Assembly (NCBI GenBank): GCA_964016885.1
Contig: OZ024740.1
Coordinates: forward strand, 350,610,001-350,674,000
Origin: Eledone cirrhosa
Taxonomy: Eukaryota
DNA: 64,000 nt
Direction: 5' to 3'
In this document: positions 55,301 to 64,000 of the stretch, in pieces
Layout: every line of letters starts with the position of its first letter
Position numbering within the stretch: position 1 is the stretch's first letter
Notes under the pieces: model-generated
Told to the model about the DNA's origin: nothing
The model's database searches: none
The model's input: only the letters and a program-made list of their open reading frames with translations
Position numbers and translations under genes: made by a program

Positions 55301-55729
55301 GTTCCAGTCGCCCACTAACACTAAAGAGCGGGACGTTCCAAGAAAAATCTCCAGACGCCGGAAGAAATCAGGCCGCCCTGCTCCTGTCGGGGCATAGACG
55401 GCCACTAGCCTGAAAGCTTGCCCGTCTCCGCTGGTCACGTCCAGCACCACCAGCTTACCCTCTGGGTCCAGGAAGATGGCCCGTATGGCGAGATCCAAAC
55501 CTCTTCGAAAAAGCACAGCAACTCCTCCACCCGATCCAGGACGGCTGGGAGATGCGTACACATCGTAGCCGCCGAAGATCGGTGCGAAGGCCCGTGCTTC
55601 GGAGATTCTGGTCTCGCTGATGGCCACTACATCTATGTTTAGTGACCTGAGGTCGTTGAGCAGGTGACCCTGCTTCCATGACGACCCCAAGCCACGCGCA
55701 TTTATGCTGCCTATTCTGAGTGAGGTCAT
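52318..55729 (-). pseudogene. Tx1-like ORF2: APE endonuclease, RT and zf-RVT; frameshifted by an 8-bp deletion at ~53115
   Basis: SINARGL, ISETR, AVYAP, GDWN, SYLDR, TDH (APE); KSPGLDG, RPITLLN, LDQSKAFDRVDH, RQGCPLS, AYADD (RT); CPRC...ETVLHALVQC. Confidence 0.93.
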
Positions 55730-55764
55730 GTTTAAAATAGAGTGGAAAAGATGGGAAAGACCAC

Positions 55765-57861
55765 TTACCGTACTTTTGGTAGAGGAGGGATGGTTTTTAC
55801 ATCCCTTTTCACTTGATCGTCTGGTGAAGGGACCGTTGAATCGTCCCTTCGGCTGGTCGTCGGCTCTTCTAAGAGAATGTCTGAATATACTCTTCGATTG
55901 ATGGTTCCTCCTAGGTCCCTGAAATCACCAACTGCGTTGGGGAATTTCGTTTTAATGTTTGTGTATTGTTTCTGTGCTATTTTTAGCAGTCTTATGTTAG
56001 TTGGCGTTTTGATTGGTGCTAGTATTATGTAGTCCTGTTGTGAAATGTCTGTGTGTTCAATTATGTAAGTCATTAGTTTCTTGTTGTGTGTGTTTATTGC
56101 CGTGCATTTGTTTTTCTGGGGGTGGGGTGTGGTTCTGCTATGTTCTTGTCGTTGTTGCTGGGTGTGTGTGTTTTGTTGTTGTGTTTGCGATGTTGGTGCT
56201 TGTGGTGGTGGTGTTGAAGGTGTTGTTGGCGGTGGGGTTGTCGCCGGTGGTGATGGTGGTGCTGGTGTGGGTGGTGATGGTGTTGGTGGTGTTGCTGCTG
56301 TGGGTCTCTTTGCAGTAGACTTTACCCTTTTCTCATTTCTTTCCTCCCTTTTCAAAGGCGACGATGCGCTGCTTCTGCGTTTGTGCCTTCTTGCGACCTT
56401 TTGCCATCCCTCTCCCACTTCACACTCCATGTCTGATTCTGTAAGGTCGGGGAGGGGTACCAGCTCCACTCTTTCACTTGTTGTTGTTGGTGATGTTTGC
56501 ACTGGAGTCTCTGTTGCAGCTGCATTTGGTATTGCTGTTGTTGTTGTTAATATTTCCACTGCTGCTGCTGTCTTTGATTTCCGTGGAGTGGGTATGGGTG
56601 CCACGGACCTATCGTTCCTGGTTGCCGCTTGTCCTGTTGCTGGTAGCCGTGGAGCCGGATTCGGAAGGAGGGGGGTTTTCTCCTTTCTCAGGGTCTTCTC
56701 GTTGCAGAAGGCCCTGAGGTGAGTCTTCGATCCACAGCGAAAGCATTTCGGGCGTTTGCCCTCAACACTTATGGGCAGTTGAGTGCCGTTATCGAAGTCT
56801 ATCACATCCGGGATAGCTTCGATGCACTCCTGGTTGGTTTGGATTAGCATCTCAATGGAGGAGCCGACCCAATCTTCTCTTACTTTTTTCTGTACTTGCA
56901 GTACAGTTGTTTTGTCCTCGATTTCGACGAGGACAGACGCGGCCAGCCAAGAAGGGGTCATTCCGGGGGGGACGTGGGTCAGTTTGACCCTCACAATTTT
57001 TTGCCCGCAGTAGGAGGGGACCAACACCATTTCCTCGCTCCTTAGGGTCACTACTGATTGGGCCTTTGCCTCCTGGGGTGTGGCAAAAAGTACGTCTACG
57101 GTGGCGTATTTTTTGCCTCGGGTGATGTGCGTTTTCCTCTGCCACACAGACCCCAAGGCTTTTTGTATTTGGGCCTCTGTGGCTCTTTCCACCCTACGGG
57201 ATTTTGTACTTACTGTACGGTACGTGACCGTACAGTGCTCTTGGGTTTCGAAAAAATTTTTCGCTGCCTTGCAGATTGCTCGGTGTCCGTTCTTTGTCAC
57301 CATCTTCTTCGCTTCCTCTAATTCCTCATTTGTTATGAGGATTGTTTCCAAGTTTTTCGCAATACCTGCAAATGAGATTGGTTTTTCTCTGCTGTTGTTG
57401 TTGTCGTCAGAGCTGCTGGTACTTTTGTTGTTGCTGCAGGTACTACGACTACTGCCTCCGCCGCTGTTGCTGTGGTTGTTGTTGGTGTTGCTGCTGCTAA
57501 TGCTGTTGTTGTTTATGCTGCTGGTGATGCTGTTGCGGCTGCTACTGTTGTTTTCATTGTCACTGTTGCTGTTGTTATTACGGCTGCTACTGCTATTATT
57601 CCTGACGTCAGACGAATGAACTGGGTTTTCGTATTTCCCGCACACCTGTTTCGTCGCTGTCGTCGTCGTCGTGGAGAAACCTTGCACGCTTTGCACGAGA
57701 CTTTTCTTTTCTTTCGTCGCTTGCGAAAGAGAAGGGAGGGAGAGAGACACATTTAAAGAAGGGAGGGAGAGAGACAATCTTCTCTCTGCTGTAGTGATGA
57801 TTGAGGAAGAAGAAGACGGAATGAGTGGGAGTGACGTATGAAATTTCTTTTTCGTAGCCAT
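55765..57861 (-). CDS. Tx1-like ORF1 (gag-like nucleic-acid-binding protein), 698 aa
   Basis: Intact ORF upstream of ORF2 with CCHC knuckle CFRCGSKTHLRAFC, a putative RRM-like region, and N/S- and P/T-rich tracts. Confidence 0.88.
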   Translation of the reverse strand: MATKKKFHTSLPLIPSSSSSIITTAERRLSLSLPSLNVSLSLPSLSQATKEKKSLVQSVQGFSTTTTTATKQVCGKYENPVHSSDVRNNSSSSRNNNSNSDNENNSSSRNSITSSINNNSISSSNTNNNHSNSGGGSSRSTCSNNKSTSSSDDNNNSREKPISFAGIAKNLETILITNEELEEAKKMVTKNGHRAICKAAKNFFETQEHCTVTYRTVSTKSRRVERATEAQIQKALGSVWQRKTHITRGKKYATVDVLFATPQEAKAQSVVTLRSEEMVLVPSYCGQKIVRVKLTHVPPGMTPSWLAASVLVEIEDKTTVLQVQKKVREDWVGSSIEMLIQTNQECIEAIPDVIDFDNGTQLPISVEGKRPKCFRCGSKTHLRAFCNEKTLRKEKTPLLPNPAPRLPATGQAATRNDRSVAPIPTPRKSKTAAAVEILTTTTAIPNAAATETPVQTSPTTTSERVELVPLPDLTESDMECEVGEGWQKVARRHKRRSSASSPLKREERNEKRVKSTAKRPTAATPPTPSPPTPAPPSPPATTPPPTTPSTPPPQAPTSQTQQQNTHTQQQRQEHSRTTPHPQKNKCTAINTHNKKLMTYIIEHTDISQQDYIILAPIKTPTNIRLLKIAQKQYTNIKTKFPNAVGDFRDLGGTINRRVYSDILLEEPTTSRRDDSTVPSPDDQVKRDVKTIPPLPKVR

Positions 57862-58075
57862 GTTGTTTTTTGTTTAAAATGAATATTGGGTACAAAACCC
57901 CAATAACTGGTTATTTAACCCCGAAGGGCCAAATAACGGACAGAAAGACCCCTCTCACGAGGAGGAGGGTGTCTTTATCAACAATTTGGTTCAAGTTTTA
58001 AACAATTTACAATTGTTTTAACGGTTAAAAATTACTATACCTTACAGAGCCGAGCCTCCGTCAACCATGGCATTC

Positions 58076-61000
58076 AATAATAATAATAATAATGATTTCT
58101 TTATTAACCACAAGGGTTTACATAAAGTAGACATTAAGGACAGTGCAGGACAATGCAGGACGGTACAAATGGGCATTTCTGCGTGTAAAAAACAAAGACA
58201 GAGGATGTAACAAAAATAACAATGAAAATAACAATGAAAAATTCCCCAATAGGGGGGAGACTTCGGAGGGACATTTGTGGAGAAAGCCCAGTAAAAGGCC
58301 ACAGTGACCCTGACCACCAAGGCAAGTGCCCTCTCCCAGTTTTCCACCTTTAATTTACAGATATATACTCAGAGTAGGCCCATTCACTCGGGCCATTCTT
58401 GCTTCTCTCACCCATCTTTCAACAAAATGCTGGGAAGAGAGCACTTCCCTTTCTACTCTGATTTTCCTTTTCAAATGAAATTTGAAAAAGTCAATCATGG
58501 TATCACCGAAGAGGTAAGTGCTCGTCTTCAGCCCTTTCAAACGTGTCCACCATACTATCTCTTTCGCCATGCCCACCAGACAGATAAAAACTGCCTGCCC
58601 TTCCCGGCTAAAGGAGGAGGGCGGGGCAATCCTCACGATGGACTCAGATGATAGCCGGATCCGTCCTACACGCGACAGCAGGTGTTCGACATAAACCCAC
58701 AAGTCAGCAATTTTCGGACACTGGACGAGTGCGTGCAGGACGGTTCGTCGCCCTGCGCGCATCTCGGACATGCCCGGCTGACGGCACCTCCATGCCTGTA
58801 GAGTTTATCCCGAACTGGCAAGGCTCCTCGGTAGCACTGCCAGGTCAGAGATTTCTGGAAGTTGTCCATAGGCCCTGGCCCGAAAGTTCTTCGGAAGAGA
58901 TTGGCTAGTTGATTTTCGTCGACGCCTAGAGTTTCCCCAAGTACGTCGTCGCTCTTCCCCTCCACTAATACTCTATAGAACGCCGAGGTGGAGTTTCCAC
59001 CGATCACATTGCCCGATTGGTCGAGGGCTGTGAGCGCCTGAAGACATTCCAGTCTCCAGGCGCTCCCTCTCGGTCTTCGCTTGACCCAGGACTGCAGCTC
59101 CGTCAAGGAAACGAGCTGGGGAAATACGTGTCTAGCAAACGGCGACCACACATGGAGACCATCGAGGAAGAGGTGGAGATGTAGTAGCCTGAGCGCGTGC
59201 CTGCGCATCATCAGCCACGGCATGCCGAGCCCTCCATGTAGCGGGTGTTGACAACTGATGGACCGCCTGACCATCGGAGCGCGTCCCTTCCACAAAAAGC
59301 GAAAGAGCAAACGCTCCAGCGCAGTCAGGCGAGGCTTAGGACAAGGTACGACGGTCAGGCGGTAGCAGATGAAAGACGCGATGTACGCGTTAGCCACCTC
59401 CGCTCGACCTTTCAGGGATAGCTTCCTCTCCGCCCATTTCTGGGTGAGAGAAGCCACCCTGCTCGTCACCTCGTCCCAGTTTTTGTCCGTCTGGAGGTCC
59501 GGACCGAACCAGACCCCTAGAAATTTAACCTGTCCGTCCGTCCAGCGTCCGACGACGCTCTTGGACGGCATGGACCTGCCTCTCCAGGTGCCGAGCTGCA
59601 GGCCCACTGACTTTTCCTGGTTGATCATTGCTCCTGTCACCGCTTCGTATTCTCTTAGTGTAGTGCCGATCGCCTCGATGTGTTTGGCGTTCAACACCAC
59701 TACAGTGACATCGTCCGCATATGCTGACACGGATCTTCCGCATCCTAGTTCGCGCGGGACGCCCCTCAAAGTCTCCAGTTTGTGCAGTAATGGCTCGAGA
59801 GTCAATACGTACAAGAGGGACGAGAGGGGACATCCTTGGCGGACCGAGCGCATGATGTTGAACGGTTCCGACAGGTGACCGTTCACTCTCACCACAGAGC
59901 AGATGTCGCTGTGCATGGCAGCTATCGAGCCTCTGAAGACGGGCCCAAAGCCAGCCGCCCTTAGGACTGCCGCTAGGTAACGATGATCGACCCTATCGAA
60001 AGCTTTCGACTGATCTAAATTGATCAAGGACCCACCCGTGCGAGGATCCCTAGCTACCCTCTCTACGATGTATCGCATGAGGTGGAGGTTGTCGTGGATG
60101 GATCTGTCGGGAATGGCGCATGTCTGCGCCTCTCCCACCAGACCACCAACGACAAGCGCCAACCTCTTTGCTAGCACCTTGGCCAAAATCTTGAACTCTG
60201 TGTTTAGCAGAGTTATGGGCCGGAAATTATCTATGTTATCCCCCTTGTTCGGATCCTTTCTCAGCAGTGCCACCGCTCCTCGGCTCACAGAACTCGGAAT
60301 TCTCCCGTTCTGTTGCCAGTTGCAGTAGACGTCCGCCAAGAGGCCTCCGAACAAGTCTGGCATCTGTACGTAAAGTTCATAGGGCTGACCATCCAAACCA
60401 GGCGATTTACCCCTTGTGCAGCCAGTCATTGCTTCCCTTACTTCAGCGGCTGTTATCGGCTTTTCGCAACACTTCGCCTCAGTGGCTGAGAGCCGCGGCA
60501 GTCCGTCGAGGTAGACACTAAAGTCCATCCCTCGACCCGGCCCACCGCTGCCCCCGAACAGCTGAGCGAAGTGTCGCTGAAAAGCTTCACGCATTTGCCC
60601 GGGATCGAGTAGCATGCGCCCGTCGTGGTCCACCAAAGACCGGATCGAGGCTTTGTTGCCACGACGCGCCTCCGCCACTCGGGCCCATTGAACGGCTTTC
60701 GTCCCCTCGTGTCTGAGAGCACGCACCCTTGCTCTGACAACGCAGCCTTCGTGCTTTGCATTGAAGAATTGGTCAAGGGCCAATTTCGCCGCGACGATGC
60801 GCTGCTTCTGCGTTTGTGCCTTCTTAAGACCTTTTGCCATCCCTCTCCCACCTCACACTCCATGTCTGATTCTGTGATGTCGGGGAGGGGTACCAGCTCC
60901 ACTCTTTCACTTGTTGTTGTTGGTGATGTTTGCACTGGAGTCTCTGTTGCAGCTGCATTTGGTATTGCTGTTGTTGTTGTTAATGCTTCCACAGCTGCTG

Positions 61001-61826
61001 CTGTTTTTGATTTCCGTGGCGTGGGTATGGGTGCCACGGACCTATCGTTCCTGGTTGCCGCTTGTCCTGTTGCTGGTAGCCGTGGAGCCGGTTTCGGAAG
61101 GAGGGGGGTTTTCTCCTTTCTCAGGGTCTTCTCGTTGCAGAAGGCCCTGAGGTGATTCTTCGTTCCACACCGAAAGCATTTCGGGCGTTTGCCTTTAACA
61201 CTTATGGCAGTTGAGTGCCGTTATCGAAGTCTATCACATCCGGGATAGCTTCGATGCACTCCTGGTTGGTTTGGATTAACATCTCAATGGAGGTGCCGAC
61301 CCAATCTTCTCTTACTTTTTTCTGTACTTGCAGTACAGTTGTTTTGTCCTCGATTCCGACGAGGACAGACGCGGCCAGCGAAGAAGGGGCCATCCCGGGG
61401 GGGGGGGGGTCAGTTTGACCCTCACAATTCTTTGACCGCAGTAGGAGGGCACCAACACCATTTCCTCGCTCCTTTAGGGTCACTAAGGATTGAGCCTTTG
61501 CCTCCTGGGGTGTGGCAAAAAGTACGTCTACGGTGGCATATTTCTTGCCTCGGGTGATGTGCGTTTTCCGCTGCCACACAGACCCCAAGGCTTTTTGTAT
61601 TTGAGCCTCCCTGGCTCTTTCAACCCTACGGGATTTTGTACTTACTGTACGGTACGTGACCGTACAGTGCTGTTGGGTTTCGAAAAATTTTTCCGCTGCC
61701 TTGCAGATTGCTCGGTGTCCGGTTTTTGTCACCATCTTCTTCGCTTCCTCTAATTCCTCATTTGTTATGAGGATGGTTTCCAGGTTCTTTGCGATACCTG
61801 CAAATGAGATTGGTTTTTCTTCTGCT

Positions 61827-61858
<32 letters not shown>

Positions 61859-62462
61859 TGTTGTTGTTGCTGTTGCTGCTAATGCTGTTGTTGTTTATGC
61901 TGCTGCTGATGCTGTTGCAGCTGCTACTGTTGTTTTCCTTGTCACTGTTGCTGGTGCTGCTGTTATTACGGCTGCTACTGCTATTATTCCTGACGTCAGA
62001 CGAATTAAATGGGTTTTCGTATTTCCCGCACACCTTTTTCGTCGTTGTCGTCGTCGTCGTGGAGAAATCTTGCACGCTCTGCACGTGATTTTTCTTTTCT
62101 GGCGTCGCTTGCCTAAAGAGAAGGGAGGGAGAGAGACACATTTAGAGAAGGGACCGAGAGAGACAATCTTCTCTCTGCTGTAGTGACGATTGAGGAAGAA
62201 GGCGGAATGAGTGGGAGTGACCTATGAAAATTCTTTTTCGTAGCCATGTTGTTTTTTTGTTTAAAATAAATATTCGGCACAAAACCCCAATAAGCGTTTA
62301 TTTAACCCCGAAGGGCCAAATAACGGACAGAAAGACCCCTCTCACGAGGAGGAGGGTGTTTTTGTCTACAATTTGGTTAAAGTTTTAAACAATTTACAAT
62401 TGTTATAGCGGTCAAAATTTACAATACCTTACAGAGCCGAGCCTCCGTCAACCATAGCATTC
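58076..62462 (-). mobile_element. Tx1-like copy 2, complete ends, ~1.6-kb internal deletion removing ORF1 end and the endonuclease
   Basis: Colinear with copy 1. Junction at ~60791 joins copy-1 positions ~54748 and ~56360. ORF1 is frameshifted. Confidence 0.92.
58666..60840 (-). pseudogene. Endonuclease-less RT reading frame of copy 2 (724 aa)
   Basis: RT motifs intact (AYADD). Starts at an out-of-frame ATG in ORF1; 1-bp deletion at ~58744 disrupts zf-RVT. Confidence 0.75.
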
Positions 62463-62498
62463 AATAATAATAATAATAATAATGATAATAATAAATAA

Positions 62499-62863
62499 TT
62501 GATTGTGGATGTGGCCTGCCCATTCGACACGAGAGTGCAAGAGAAGGAGAGGGAGAAAATTAACCGATACAAGGACTTAAAGTGGGTGGTAAAAAGGATT
62601 TGGAACTGCCATGAAGTCAAACTCGTCACGATTGTCATAGACGCACTAGGTACTATCTCAAAAAGTTTCCAAGGATGGTTAATGAAAATTGGCCCCACCA
62701 CGCTTTTTGGAACGCTTCAAAAGGCATGCTTGCTGGGACCAGCAAGAACCCTCCGATACGTCCTGAATATCTGAGGCTGCAGGTAGTGGCTTGATATTAA
62801 TTTCAACAAACTTTCCAGTTAACTAACATCAATGACTGAGACTCAAAGAACAATAATAATAAT
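62499..62863 (+). mobile_element. 5'-truncated Dong/R4-like RLE retrotransposon 3' end in (TAA)n
   Basis: IVDVACPFD...EKEREKINRYKDL...VIDALGTI...LQKACLLG.ARTLR, stop at 62774, short 3'UTR, (AAT)n on both sides. Confidence 0.85.
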
Positions 62864-64000
62864 GCTTTCTTTATTAATCACAAGGGTTTACATAAAGTAG
62901 ACATTAAGGACAGTACAGCAAAATACAGGACGGTACAAATGGGCATTTCTGCGTGTAAAAAATAAAAACAGAGGATGCAACAAAAAAATAACAATGAAAA
63001 ATTCCCCAATACAGGGGAGACTTCCGAGGGACATTCGTGGAGAAAGCCCATTAAAAAGCCACAGTGACCCTGACCACCAGGGCAACTGCCCTCTCCCTGT
63101 TTTCCACCTTTAATTTACAGATACATACTCATAATAGGCCCATTCACTCGGGCCATTCTTGCCTCTCTCACCCATCTTTCAACAAAATGCTGGGAAGAGA
63201 GCACTTCCTTCTCTACCCTGATTTTCCTTTTCAAATGAAATTTGAAAAGGTTAATCAGGGCATCACCGAAGAGGTAAGTGCTCGTCTCCAGCCCTTTCTA
63301 ACGTGTCCACCATACTATCTCTTTCGCCATGGCCACCAGACAGATAAAAACAGCCTGCCCTTCCCGGCTAAAGGAAGAGGGCGGGGCAATCCTCACGATG
63401 GAATCAGCTGATAGCTGGAACCGTCCTACACGTGACAGCAGGTGTTCGATATAAACCCACTAGTCAGCAATGCTCGGACGCTGGACGAGTGCGTGCAGGA
63501 CGGTTTCGTCGCCCTACGCGCATCTCGGACATGCGCGGCTGACGGCACCTCCATGACTATAAAGTTTATCGCGAACTGGCAAAGCTCCTCCGTAGCACTG
63601 CCAGGCCAGGGATTTCAGGAAGTTGTCCATAGGCCCCGGTCCGAAAGTTCTTCCGAAGAGATTGGCTAGTTGATTTTCGTCGACGCCTAGAGTTTCCCCT
63701 GAAACATTCCAGTATCCAAGCGCTTCCTCTCGGTCTTCGCTTACCCAGGACTGCATCTCCGTCAAGGAGACGAGCTGGGGAAAGACGCGTCTAGCAAACG
63801 GCGACCACACCTGATCATCGTCGAGGAAGAGGTGGACATGTCGTAGCCTGAGCGCGTGTCTGCGCATCATCAGCCACGGCCTGCCCAGACCTCAACGTAG
63901 CGGCTGTTGACAGCAGATGGACCGCCTGACCATCGGAGCGCGTCCCTTCCACAAAAAGCGAAAGAGCAAACGCTCTAGCGCAGTCAGGCGAGGCTTAGGA
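62864..64000 (-). mobile_element. Tx1-like copy 3 (3' part; continues beyond window), more diverged
   Basis: Colinear with 52054-53295; ~100-bp deletion at ~63699 and premature stops. Confidence 0.92.

Noticed and set aside
53325-57756. Numerous plus-strand ORFs over the Tx1 element
   Set aside because: Antisense shadows of GC-rich or low-complexity coding sequence; no recognisable motifs.
58042-58347. ORF crossing the copy 2 / copy 1 junction (also 51912-52310, 62429-62701)
   Set aside because: Chance read-through of 3'UTR and (TTA)n as poly-Leu. It recurs only because the element is repeated.

Overview
Eukaryotic, AT-rich, microsatellite-saturated DNA with no recognisable host protein-coding exon. 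The repeat content ((TA)n/(CA)n density, tRNA-derived SINE families, Penelope, Tx1, CRE, RTE and Dong/R4 retroelements) suggests a cephalopod such as Octopus; this is an inference. The right end (52.0-64.0 kb, minus strand) is a head-to-tail array of three Tx1-like (L1 clade) retrotransposons joined by (ATT)n tracts, with a Dong/R4 3' fragment in one junction. The most unusual signal is non-coding. At least 10 type-I hammerhead ribozyme motifs (CUGANGA...GAAA...NUH) of mostly unrelated sequence can be read by eye, several with very long stem II. They sit in Penelope 3' ends or in small (TA)n-flanked non-coding elements with terminal redundancy (625-bp and 319-bp units) and fold-back palindromes. 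Together they look like a Penelope-driven retrozyme community living in TA microsatellites. All folds and alignments were made by eye and need computational and biochemical confirmation.
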